Source: Candidatus Babeliales bacterium
Lineage (GTDB): Bacteria > Babelota > Babeliae > Babelales > JANWKD01
Assembly (NCBI GenBank): GCA_963701665.1
Contig: OY969622.1
Coordinates: 672,001-736,000, forward strand
Direction of reading: 5' to 3'
Length of the DNA stretch: 64,000 nucleotides
The notes beneath the pieces are model-generated. The model saw only the letters and a list, made by a program, of their open reading frames with translations. It was not told where the DNA came from and made no database searches. Shown here piece after piece: positions 27,999 through 36,991 of the stretch (positions within the stretch are counted from its first letter, which is position 1; every line of letters begins with the position of its first letter). The position numbers were made by a program, and so were the translations under genes.

Positions 27999-28865
27999 AT
28001 GTATTCTAAGTCGTTAACAACAAAAACAAAATTATTATTAGTGTTGTTCGCATTTTCTTTTAAAGTTCAGGCAATGGATCAACTCAAAGAGAATCATTTT
28101 ACCAAGGTTCCGAGAGAAGTTAAGACAGCGGTATTTTTTGATCTTATTTGTTCATCAGAAACCATTCAAGAAGCTAGTAAAAATTGGCATGTACTTGAAT
28201 CGGTTGATCGGGAGTTTAATTGTGTACTGAATGATCCTATAGTGATTAAAGATATAGTAAAAACTTTGCATAAAAAATTTAAACACCGAAAACTATTTGT
28301 ACGCTATGCCCTTCACACTAAAGAAACTCAACAGAAATTAAAAGAAAGAATGAAGATCATCGGTCAATATGCCTTTTTACATCACAATGAAATAGTTTAT
28401 GAACAACAGAAAGATGGAGAGTCAACATCATCTCTATTAGAACGAACTTGCAATATCTTACACGCAAAAAGAAAAGATAACGCAGCGTTTTGGAAAAATA
28501 CTCAAAATATAACAGATGATTACAAGAAAATGACGCTACCGAGCCGTATTAGAGTGAATGTAGGCGCCTATAAATATATATTTGATGGCGAGTTGATCGC
28601 GCGATCTCTTTTCTATTTAGTAGAAAATATTTCCGGCAATAGGACTTTTTCTATTGGTCCCCGTTATTCAAACGAAGTTCCTGAAATTTTTGAAAATCCA
28701 AAACTGAAGGAAATGCTCGATGAAAGTCACAAATTTAGAGGGGAAAAAACCCTATTTAAAATGGTATGTTCTGAAATTTTTAATGATTTTTATCCAGGAG
28801 TATATGTAAACAGTGTTATGCATGATAGGATAAAAGAACGCATCGAGTGGTACGTTGGAGAATAA
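27999..28865 (+). CDS. Exported hypothetical protein with F-box-like N-terminus
   Basis: Signal peptide ending VQA-M; FTKVPREVKTAVFFDL...LESVDREF. Confidence 0.7.
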   Translation: MYSKSLTTKTKLLLVLFAFSFKVQAMDQLKENHFTKVPREVKTAVFFDLICSSETIQEASKNWHVLESVDREFNCVLNDPIVIKDIVKTLHKKFKHRKLFVRYALHTKETQQKLKERMKIIGQYAFLHHNEIVYEQQKDGESTSSLLERTCNILHAKRKDNAAFWKNTQNITDDYKKMTLPSRIRVNVGAYKYIFDGELIARSLFYLVENISGNRTFSIGPRYSNEVPEIFENPKLKEMLDESHKFRGEKTLFKMVCSEIFNDFYPGVYVNSVMHDRIKERIEWYVGE

Positions 28866-28902
28866 TCCTGTACTATCACAAATATACCTGGCATAAAATT
28901 AT

Positions 28903-28933
28903 AAGGCATGGTGAAAATACCATGCCTTTTTTT
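28903..28933 (+). terminator. Intrinsic terminator
   Basis: aaggcatggt-gaaaat-accatgcctt followed by a T run. Confidence 0.85.
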
Positions 28934-28986
28934 ATAGTGTTGATTTTTTATGGGCCGACTTTTTATAGTTACTTCTGGGTGAAGTA

Positions 28987-29640
28987 ATGGATAAAAAATC
29001 TTGTGTTGTAATAAGTATCATTCTTATTGCGAGTCTTATTGGGGTTATCAGTATGGCGCCGAAAAAAAGTAAATTATCTACCTATAAAAAAAAGCGTGAT
29101 TTTAGTGTCACGCCTGAGCCATCTGGCGGTCGTAAGAAAAAAACAAAAAAACCCATTTTTGTGGTACAAAAACACGCTGCTTCGCATTTGCATTATGATT
29201 TTCGATTAGAAATTGACGGCGTGCTTGTTTCCTGGGCAATTCCTAAAGGACCATCAACCGATCCTAATGTAAAACATTTAGCGGTTATGACAGAAGATCA
29301 TCCAATGGAGTATGCAAAGTTTGAAGGCATTATTCCCAAAGGACAATATGGTGGCGGGACGGTGATGGTATGGGATATTGGTACGTATGAAAATCTTAAA
29401 ACCCCGTACGATGTTTCAATGAAACAGGCGCTCAAAGATGGCAAAATTGAAATTGAACTTCATGGTAAAAAGCTGCAAGGTTCATTTGCACTGATTCGTA
29501 CCAAATTACACAATGATGAACGCAATTGGTTATTTTTTAAAATCAAAGATGGTAAAAAGAAGGTCGCAATAAAAAATAAAGAACGTTCAGCGCTTACTAA
29601 TCGCACTATGAAGCAGATTGAACAGGATGAAAAAGAGTAA
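28987..29640 (+). CDS. LigD 3'-phosphoesterase (stand-alone); alternative start 29053
   Basis: YKKKRDF..TPEP, FVVQKHAASHLHYDFRLE, SWAIPKGP, EDHP..Y..FEG. Confidence 0.93.
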   Translation: MDKKSCVVISIILIASLIGVISMAPKKSKLSTYKKKRDFSVTPEPSGGRKKKTKKPIFVVQKHAASHLHYDFRLEIDGVLVSWAIPKGPSTDPNVKHLAVMTEDHPMEYAKFEGIIPKGQYGGGTVMVWDIGTYENLKTPYDVSMKQALKDGKIEIELHGKKLQGSFALIRTKLHNDERNWLFFKIKDGKKKVAIKNKERSALTNRTMKQIEQDEKE

Positions 29641-30557
29641 TGGAAAAAACGTTATCCCAAAAAATAAAAGTTGGATCGTATACCATTTCAATTAGTAATC
29701 AAGATAAAGTGCTCTTTCCTGATGATGGCATTACCAAAGCTGATCTCATCAATTATTACTATTCCATTGCGCCGCTTATGTTGTTATACGTAAAAAACCG
29801 GCCTATTACGATGCATCGTTATCCTATGGGTATTAATCATGAAGGCTTTTATCAAAAAAACGCGGAAGATTATTTTCCTTCTTGGGTGAAACGTATACCC
29901 ATTAAAACTGAAGAGCATAAAACAGTAAATTATGTTGTTATTGATAAGGTTGCGACATTCGTCTATTTAGCAAATCTGGGATGCATCACGCCGCATATTT
30001 GGTTGAGCACATTGCGCGCGCTTGATAATCCCGATCGTTTAATTTTTGATCTGGATCCTTCAGGAAAAAATTTCGATTTTTCATTGATTAAAAAAACCGC
30101 ATTGAGTTTCAAAAAACTATTAGAAGATTTGGATTTAGTGCCGTTCGTTATGACGACGGGTTCACGCGGACTGCATGTTGTGGTGCCTTTAAAGGGTACT
30201 ATGAGTTATGATGTTGTGCGTCCCTTTGCTCGTTCGCTCGCACAACAATTAGTGCAACAAGATCCTGAGCATTTGACCGTTGATGTGAGCAAAAAAAAGC
30301 GCGGCAAAAAAATTTTTATAGATTATTTACGCAACTCGTTTAGTGCAACGGGCGTTGCTCCATACGCTGTGCGTGCAAGAAACCACGCGCCCATAGCAAC
30401 ACCGCTCGCCTGGGATGAACTTTCTGATCTGCGCTCGTCTGATATGTATACCATGAAAACAATTTTTAAACGTTTAGAAAAACATGGTGATCCTTGGCAT
30501 GATATTGATAAGCATGCAAGAACGTTAACGTACGCATTGAAAATGATGAAATCTTAA
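29640..30557 (+). CDS. LigD primase-polymerase (stand-alone)
   Basis: DKVLFP..GITK.DL..YY, FYQK, PDRLIFDLDP, TTGSRGLHV, IDYLRN. Confidence 0.93.
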   Translation: MEKTLSQKIKVGSYTISISNQDKVLFPDDGITKADLINYYYSIAPLMLLYVKNRPITMHRYPMGINHEGFYQKNAEDYFPSWVKRIPIKTEEHKTVNYVVIDKVATFVYLANLGCITPHIWLSTLRALDNPDRLIFDLDPSGKNFDFSLIKKTALSFKKLLEDLDLVPFVMTTGSRGLHVVVPLKGTMSYDVVRPFARSLAQQLVQQDPEHLTVDVSKKKRGKKIFIDYLRNSFSATGVAPYAVRARNHAPIATPLAWDELSDLRSSDMYTMKTIFKRLEKHGDPWHDIDKHARTLTYALKMMKS

Positions 30558-30634
30558 TAAATACCGATTGACCCACTCCGCTTTAAGAGCTAATAAATAT
30601 TTTTTTTGTCCCGGAAAAGCTTTTAAATTTTTAC

Positions 30635-30669
30635 TTGACCACATTCCCACATTTGTGGTATGCTATAAT
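30635..30669 (+). promoter_or_regulatory. TA promoter with probable operator repeats
   Basis: TTGACC and TGcTATAAT; CCACA, CCACA and TGTGG repeats between them. Confidence 0.55.
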
Positions 30670-30705
30670 AAGCTAAAATTGATAAAAATACCTAAGGAGT
30701 GAAAT

Positions 30706-30954
30706 ATGGCAAAGGAAAATATGTCTCGTATTTCTATTGATGTCACAAAGGAACAGCATAAGATGCTTAAAGCCCGGGCTGCTTTGAGCGGTAAAACATT
30801 ACAACAACTTATTTTAGATTCTGTTGGAGAAATTCCGGAACAAGAACTTTGGTTATATGATCCTGCAAACAAAGACCTAGTAGAGCGCCTTAAAAATAGC
30901 TTTAAAAAAGAGGCAACGATAGATTGGAATTCTATAAAACATAAGTTCGAATAA
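30706..30954 (+). CDS. Ribbon-helix-helix antitoxin
   Basis: SRISIDVTKEQHKMLKARAALSGKTLQQLIL; overlaps the start of the toxin gene. Confidence 0.8.
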   Translation: MAKENMSRISIDVTKEQHKMLKARAALSGKTLQQLILDSVGEIPEQELWLYDPANKDLVERLKNSFKKEATIDWNSIKHKFE

Positions 30955-31247
30955 TGACAAAGCTTAAGTTAAATGACGATGCTCTTAAAGACCTTGAAAT
31001 TTTAAAAAAAGATAAATCAAAATCTAGAATATTAAAAGATGTCGTTAAAGCATTAACCCTTATGCAAGAAAATTTACGCCATCCATCATTAAATACTCAT
31101 GAATATAAAGGAATAAAAGGCCCAAATGGAGAAAAGATTTTTGAAGCCTATGCCCAACAGAAAACATCAGGAGCTTATAGAATTTTTTGGCATTATGGAC
31201 CTGGGCAGACTACCATAACTGTAATTGCCATAGTGCCTCATCCTTAA
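30954..31247 (+). CDS. RelE/ParE-superfamily toxin
   Basis: HPSLNTH...IFEAY...YRIFW.YGP...ITVIAI.PHP. Confidence 0.8.
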   Translation: MTKLKLNDDALKDLEILKKDKSKSRILKDVVKALTLMQENLRHPSLNTHEYKGIKGPNGEKIFEAYAQQKTSGAYRIFWHYGPGQTTITVIAIVPHP

Positions 31248-31304
31248 AGTAAGAAATATAAATTCTTTTTTTTATAACTATCTAATTCCTAGAGAACCTC
31301 TGAC

Positions 31305-32042
31305 ATGAAAATTATATCCACACGGTACAATAAATTATTAGTTTTAATTGTGATTCTCTTTGGTTTTGCAAACTATCTCAATGCAATAGAGTGTCCTTTT
31401 AGTGAACAAGATGCTCAAGTTCAAGCTTATGATTTATTCAAAAAGTTTGGTTTAATGAATACCCCTTTTATTATAGAAAAGAATCTTTTAAATATAGTAG
31501 CTCAGTACATATTTGAAATAAATGAGAAAGGTGTACAAAACTCCGTTATTGTTAACCGCAAAGCTTGGAAAATGCTTAATGAAACTGAGCGTGAATTTGT
31601 ATTATGTCATGAAATTAGTCATATTAAGAGGAAACATTATATTGTAGCGTCGCTTTCTTACTTATTAAGAAATATAGCAATCACTTTAGCTCCTCTTCTG
31701 ACAATGCATCATCTGGATAAGCACAATTATAAAGTAGCGTCTGGTTTGATGACCAAAATATCTATATCTATTTTAAGTACAGCGATAATAAAATTTTGCT
31801 CTTTAGCTTTAGAAGCTAAAATAGCTCGTGAAACAGAATATCAAGCAGATAAAGATGCATTATGTATGACCAAAAATTTACAAGCTGCAATAGATGCCCT
31901 TAAAAAAAGGAATCTTATCATAAAAAGTGATGAAACAGACTTTTGGGGATCTCTTTTTGCAGATCACCCTAGCACTGATGAGAGAATTAAAAAACTTGAT
32001 CAGTTTGCCTCAAAAGTAATACAAAAGAATCAATCCAACTAA
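31305..32042 (+). CDS. M48-family zinc metallopeptidase
   Basis: HEISH, EYQAD, HPSTDERI; signal peptide and TM segments. Confidence 0.88.
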   Translation: MKIISTRYNKLLVLIVILFGFANYLNAIECPFSEQDAQVQAYDLFKKFGLMNTPFIIEKNLLNIVAQYIFEINEKGVQNSVIVNRKAWKMLNETEREFVLCHEISHIKRKHYIVASLSYLLRNIAITLAPLLTMHHLDKHNYKVASGLMTKISISILSTAIIKFCSLALEAKIARETEYQADKDALCMTKNLQAAIDALKKRNLIIKSDETDFWGSLFADHPSTDERIKKLDQFASKVIQKNQSN

Positions 32043-32055
32043 TTTTCAATTTCTT

Positions 32056-32092
32056 AAAGCCTTTAGCACGATAATTTGCTAAAGGCTTTTTT
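32056..32092 (+). terminator. Intrinsic terminator
   Basis: aaagcctttagca...tgctaaaggcttt followed by Ts. Confidence 0.8.
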
Positions 32093-32215
32093 AATAAGTA
32101 TCCAAGTTAATATTCAGCTCTCGAAACACTGTCTGGATGTGCTGTAACGTAAAATTAATAGTCAAAATATCGTTCCTGAATGAATCCACTATATGATGCT
32201 CAGAATGACATTATA

Positions 32216-33316
32216 TTAATAATCATCATGAACAATATTCATGATCAATCCGACCATAAACATGCAACAAATCAATGATGATTTTCCATAGCTGACAAAG
32301 GGAAGGCCAATTCCTTTGGTGGGCGCAAGTCCAGTAGTTACCGCTAAATTTATGATGGTTTGTAATGAGATGAGGGTGATGAATCCTGTGCACACTAAGA
32401 TGCCAAAAGGATTTTTTAATTGCCATGCAATACGCATGCCGCAATATAAAAAAAGTAAATAAAGGGTGATTAAGAGTAGTGAACCGACAAAGCCGGTTTC
32501 TTCGGCAATAATTGAGAAGATAAAATCAGTATGTTGCATGGGCAGATAGAAGAATTTTTGTTTGGAATGAGAAACGCCGATGCCAAGCCAACTTCCTGAT
32601 CCGATTGCAATAAGTGATTGAATAATTTGAAACCCGGCGCCCTGCGGATCATTCCATGGATTTAAGAAGGTTATGACTCGTTTCCAACGATAGGGCCGTA
32701 AATAAATCAGCATTGCCAAGGTAGGTAACAAAGTAAGTAACGTTATGAAAAGATATTTGACGCTAAATTGTACTAGAAAATACATGATGCATGCTGTAAT
32801 GACAACCGTAACGGTCATGCCAAAATCGGGTTGTTTTAATAGTACCCATGCGACAAGGCACATGATACCGACAAAAGGCAAAAATTTATTTTTGAATTTC
32901 AGCGAAGTTTCTTTGGTAAGCCAATAAGAAAGATATAAAATTAATGAAATTTTTAAAAGCTCGCTCGGTTGAAAGGTCAGGCCAAAGAGTGTGAGCCAAC
33001 GGCTTGAACCATGAATGTGTTCTGCCAAGGTAGGAATTAACGTGAGGGCAGTTAGTGCAAGCGAGGCACAAAAAAAATAGGGGCTGGTAATTTTCAAAAA
33101 TTCGAGCGGTACTAAACGGCCAATAATAAGAGCACATACACCAAGCAAAATACCAATAATCTGTTTTTTTACAAAAAAGGTGGCCGAGCCAAATTTTTCG
33201 AGTGCAAATACGGAACTTGATGAGTAAATAAATAATAGGCCAATGATGGTGAGCGCACCAATCACGGCCAAGAAAATTTTTAAATCAGTGTTTAATCGTT
33301 TCTGGTGACTATACAT
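32216..33316 (-). CDS. ftsW: SEDS peptidoglycan polymerase FtsW
   Basis: GSSRW, FQPSELLK, QPDFG, HTDFIF, KGIGLPFVSYG; same strand and downstream of murD. Confidence 0.92.
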   Translation of the reverse strand: MYSHQKRLNTDLKIFLAVIGALTIIGLLFIYSSSSVFALEKFGSATFFVKKQIIGILLGVCALIIGRLVPLEFLKITSPYFFCASLALTALTLIPTLAEHIHGSSRWLTLFGLTFQPSELLKISLILYLSYWLTKETSLKFKNKFLPFVGIMCLVAWVLLKQPDFGMTVTVVITACIMYFLVQFSVKYLFITLLTLLPTLAMLIYLRPYRWKRVITFLNPWNDPQGAGFQIIQSLIAIGSGSWLGIGVSHSKQKFFYLPMQHTDFIFSIIAEETGFVGSLLLITLYLLFLYCGMRIAWQLKNPFGILVCTGFITLISLQTIINLAVTTGLAPTKGIGLPFVSYGKSSLICCMFMVGLIMNIVHDDY

Positions 33317-33434
33317 GCATCAAACTTTGTAATGTGGTGTATTGGTTGTACGTTCAAATTACTATGATGCATGTACCGTGTCAATTGAATTGAGGCAATC
33401 AGTAAACTAAGGTATTAACATAAGAAGTTATATA

Positions 33435-34049
33435 TTATTGCTCACCTTTTTCGCCGCTAATTGCGCTTGAAAGTTTTGAAAGATATTCTTTAGATTCGGC
33501 TTGAAGAGCTAATAAAGTCTCTTTAATTATTACCAAATCCTCTTTAATTGAAGATATATCACAATCATTCTTAAGTTCTATCTTAAATTTTAGGTGTTCT
33601 ATTTTAGTAGATAATAATTTCAACATACTATCATAATGTCTAATTTCTTCAGCAAAAGGATATTGTTTCGTATCTTCTTTGTTATCGTTGATATTTGTCT
33701 GAAGAAGTTCTAAATCAACCTTAATTTGTTTTAAAGTATTCTGCTCAGCAACTCTTTTTGCGAAGTTAAAACAAAGAAGACTCCCGATACCAAGTGCAAC
33801 TGGAATGACTAACGCTTTTCCGGTTTCAAGAGCTGGATGAGAAGAAATCGTGTTTTGATAAGCAATTGCAGCGCCACTACCAATACTTGCTAGCAAACAC
33901 GCGCTTCCTGCAATTGACCATGCATTTTTAACTAAAGAATGTGCTGTTGATGAAACTTTTTCTTTTATAGATCTAAAAGAAAATTCTGCATGTGCAACAG
34001 GCGCTAAGCCAAAAAGCAGTACGCTTGAGAATAAAACTAATTTTTTCAT
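33435..34049 (-). CDS. Hypothetical exported protein with two hydrophobic segments and a coiled coil
   Basis: GGAGG RBS; signal peptide ending AHA. Confidence 0.75.
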   Translation of the reverse strand: MKKLVLFSSVLLFGLAPVAHAEFSFRSIKEKVSSTAHSLVKNAWSIAGSACLLASIGSGAAIAYQNTISSHPALETGKALVIPVALGIGSLLCFNFAKRVAEQNTLKQIKVDLELLQTNINDNKEDTKQYPFAEEIRHYDSMLKLLSTKIEHLKFKIELKNDCDISSIKEDLVIIKETLLALQAESKEYLSKLSSAISGEKGEQ

Positions 34050-34204
34050 ATAACCTCCAAATAATAGCGTGGCTCTATAAATACCACGTATTATAAAAAA
34101 TAGCAGAAATTATAGAAAAATCAAATTCAATCTGTAAAATAAGTCTTTTAAAACAGGGCAAATCCAGGTTCAAATGTCGCATAATCCTTAATTATGACAA
34201 TTCC

Positions 34205-35605
34205 CTATAAAAGCGAGGTTTCTTGGAGCTTTTCAACGAGTTTTTTAAAGTAGTTTCCTCGTTCTTCATAGTGGGAAAACAGGTCAAAACTAGCTCCGCT
34301 CGGGGAAAAAAGGATCTGCTCGCCGGGTTGCGCGTGCGCCACAGCCGTGTGGAATGCCTCGTCTAGGGAAGAAAACGCGTGGCAGGGAATGTGAGCGGCA
34401 GCGGCACCTTGCCCGAGGGAATTGGCTTCGGCGCCGAAACAATATACGGTTTTAACGAGGTTTTTTAGCTCTTTGAACGCGTGCGAACGGTCAACACCCT
34501 TGCTTATACCACCCATAAAAAGAAGGATAGGTTTTCCTTGCAGTTTTTTGACGGCTGCCAGGGTGGCTTCAATGACCGTCCCTTTGGAATCATTAAAGAA
34601 ATCGACCCCTTTAATTGAGGCAATTTTTTCAACCCGATGCGAGGGCAATGTAATAGTTGCAGCAGTTTTTAAAGCAGTTTGTGGGATACCAAGCAATGAA
34701 AGGCTGGCAGAAATTGTAAGCCAATTTTGTGCAAAAGTAAGCGAGGGTAGTTCTGTTATGTTAACGAGTGCATGTTGTGTTGAGGGGGTTGCCTGTATAA
34801 CATGATTATCTTCAATCCAGAAATAGTGAGCGTTCGGAAATTCTTGGTGATACAGTTCACGCGGTTTTTGTTCACTAAAAAAATGAATATTGTTGCGAGG
34901 GTTTGCAAACGCGCGTTTGAGCTGTGGAGCGAGGGCAATAGGAACGAGCGCGTGTTGATGCGGCTGTTGGCGGGCAAGAATCATATATTTTGCATTAAAA
35001 TAGCTCTCAATTGTTTCGTGCCTATCAAGATGATTGGGATAAAAATTTGTCCAAATTGCTAAATCCGGTGCAAAGGCGTTGCAATATTCTAACTGGAAAC
35101 TGGAAACTTCTAGTAACGCGCCATCAGCGGCATCTTTTTGATCAAGCAATGAAAGCATGCCAGTGCCGATATTGCCGCCCGTGAGCATTTTTTTGTGTGG
35201 CGCTAAAATTGATGAAAGAAGATGCGTGACACTCGTTTTGCCTACAGTGCCTGTGATCGCGATGATTGGTTTTTTAAATTCTTGAAAAAACAGATCGAGT
35301 TCAGTGATAAATTTATGTCTATAGATGGCAAAAGGGTGAAGATCAATGCCAGGACTTGCCAAAATATAATCATGATTATGCAAAAACGATTCATAATCTT
35401 TTTGTAGGACAAAGGTGCTGTGATATTTTTCAAGGAGGTGTGCATTTTCAGAGGATACGGGTTTTGCATCCATGATCGAGGTTGTATAGCCGCGTTGTGC
35501 AAAATAGTGCAATGCAGTTTTGCCCACAATGCCAAAGCCCCAAATGCCAATTTTCTTTGTATTCATAAAGGTTTTTATTGAAAAATTTTTTATAGGGTGT
35601 ACCAT
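34205..35605 (-). CDS. murD: UDP-MurNAc-L-Ala:D-Glu ligase
   Basis: ITGTVGKT, GGNIG, EVSSFQL, NHLDRH, NDSKGT, SFDLF..YEERG. Confidence 0.95.
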   Translation of the reverse strand: MVHPIKNFSIKTFMNTKKIGIWGFGIVGKTALHYFAQRGYTTSIMDAKPVSSENAHLLEKYHSTFVLQKDYESFLHNHDYILASPGIDLHPFAIYRHKFITELDLFFQEFKKPIIAITGTVGKTSVTHLLSSILAPHKKMLTGGNIGTGMLSLLDQKDAADGALLEVSSFQLEYCNAFAPDLAIWTNFYPNHLDRHETIESYFNAKYMILARQQPHQHALVPIALAPQLKRAFANPRNNIHFFSEQKPRELYHQEFPNAHYFWIEDNHVIQATPSTQHALVNITELPSLTFAQNWLTISASLSLLGIPQTALKTAATITLPSHRVEKIASIKGVDFFNDSKGTVIEATLAAVKKLQGKPILLFMGGISKGVDRSHAFKELKNLVKTVYCFGAEANSLGQGAAAAHIPCHAFSSLDEAFHTAVAHAQPGEQILFSPSGASFDLFSHYEERGNYFKKLVEKLQETSLL

Positions 35606-35656
35606 TTTTAAGAGAAAACAAGTATACCAAGTATATTTTTACATCAAAAGGTTTTT

Positions 35657-35959
35657 ATGAAGTTGTTTTTTAACGTACTTCTTTTGCTAGGCTTTTTCTG
35701 TGCATTACAAGGTATGGAAAAAAAAGAAGGTACGCTGAGGCGAAAAAAATCTGAAGATGGATCAATTGCCTATATCCAGCGGACGAGCGATGAAATAACT
35801 TTCGCAGAAAAAAAAGGAAAAAAAGGTAAAGAAACCTTTGAGGGTTATAAACGTCCAATCAAAGAAACTCAAGACAAGAGTAATTCTTTAAGCGAGGAAG
35901 AAAAAGCAAAGCTTTGGCATGAATTGCATGCAAAATATGAAAAAAATCTGCAACATTAA
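35657..35959 (+). CDS. Small exported protein, paralog family member 1
   Basis: Signal peptide ending LQG-M; shares a motif with its neighbours. Confidence 0.75.
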   Translation: MKLFFNVLLLLGFFCALQGMEKKEGTLRRKKSEDGSIAYIQRTSDEITFAEKKGKKGKETFEGYKRPIKETQDKSNSLSEEEKAKLWHELHAKYEKNLQH

Positions 35960-35984
35960 AAAAAATAACAGCAAAAGGGTTTTC

Positions 35985-36305
35985 ATGAAATTGTTTTTTC
36001 GAGTAGTTCTTTTACTTGGTTCTTTTTCATTAAGGGGAATGTCGAATGAAGCAACTATTGAACGATTGATGTCACCAAGCGGCACTTGTGTAGCGTATTG
36101 TGGCAAAATCGATTCAAAAAAAACTTATATACAAAAAGTTCAGGAAGGTGCCAACGAGCGTTTTGTGGGTTATATAGAAGCTAGCGATGGTACAAGAAAT
36201 ATTTATCGTAACAACATGAGAACAAAAGAACTATGGCATACGTTCGATTCTCTTTATGAAATATTACATCACATTGACTTGCTAGATCGTACATTAAAGA
36301 AGTAG
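35985..36305 (+). CDS. Small exported protein, paralog family member 2
   Basis: Start ATG 35985, MKLFFRVVLLLGSFSLRG-M; DNA homologous to the 35657 start region. Confidence 0.75.
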   Translation: MKLFFRVVLLLGSFSLRGMSNEATIERLMSPSGTCVAYCGKIDSKKTYIQKVQEGANERFVGYIEASDGTRNIYRNNMRTKELWHTFDSLYEILHHIDLLDRTLKK

Positions 36306-36333
36306 GGTGGTTATCAAATTAAAAGGAGTATAA

Positions 36334-36693
36334 ATGAAGTTTTTAAAGGGGATTGTCATTGCGATGTTGATGTCAGCTGAACTATCTGCAATGGACAGCA
36401 ACCAATGCGGAACGATAGGAAAAAATCCTGATCGGGGTGATGGTGTTGTAACGTATAATAGAATAACTATGTTAGGCAAAAGGATTGTCGTCTCGCGTAA
36501 AGAAAAAGATGGGGAAGAATATTTTGGAGGATATTCAAATAATATTTTTGGAGGGCGGACTGAACCATTATCTTATAATCGTGCTAAAACAAAATGGTAT
36601 AAATTGCGTGATGAATGTGAAGGATTGATCAAAATGAATGAGGATGTCAAAAATCTCATGAAAAATTCACGAAGCAATGCTCAAGAAAAATAA
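36334..36693 (+). CDS. Small exported protein, paralog family member 3
   Basis: AAGGAG RBS; signal peptide ending LSA-M. Confidence 0.75.
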   Translation: MKFLKGIVIAMLMSAELSAMDSNQCGTIGKNPDRGDGVVTYNRITMLGKRIVVSRKEKDGEEYFGGYSNNIFGGRTEPLSYNRAKTKWYKLRDECEGLIKMNEDVKNLMKNSRSNAQEK

Positions 36694-36801
36694 TAAAATC
36701 TGATTATGTAGAGATAATGGCTATTTGTAAAAAGCTTGCAAAGCATTAAAATATCGGGCAAAATTGAACTTAGTGTGTATTTTTAATGTAAGGATTGGCG
36801 C

Positions 36802-36919
36802 ATGTCTTTTGACCTAAAATCATGTTTTCAACTGCAAATGATGCATCAAAAATCTATCCCTATTTTCTCTTCCTTTATTATTGTGCGCTAAGCACAATAA
36901 TATTCTCTTTTTCATTTTT
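36802..36919 (+). promoter_or_regulatory. Candidate ileS leader-peptide attenuator
   Basis: 29-aa ORF 36802-36891 with TAAGGA RBS and 4 Ile codons near its end; 11-bp hairpin 36876-36902 followed by a T-rich tract. Confidence 0.6.
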
Positions 36920-36991
36920 TTATACAATTTCTGATATTCTTATAGTTCTTCTTACTTGAACTTATTGCGAATTATACGCTAAGGAAAAAAA

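Noticed and set aside
30706..31247. TA pairs (also 47258-47909) as markers of a prophage or island
   Set aside because: No integrase, transposase, phage genes or att repeats nearby.
32195..32212. ctcagaatgaca, matching the end of repeat copy 3 (similar ggaatgaca near 48005)
   Set aside because: Too short; no matching left arm found.
34260..34580. Locally higher GC in the 3' part of murD
   Set aside because: Coincides with Ala/Gly-rich coding sequence; no boundaries or repeats indicating foreign DNA.
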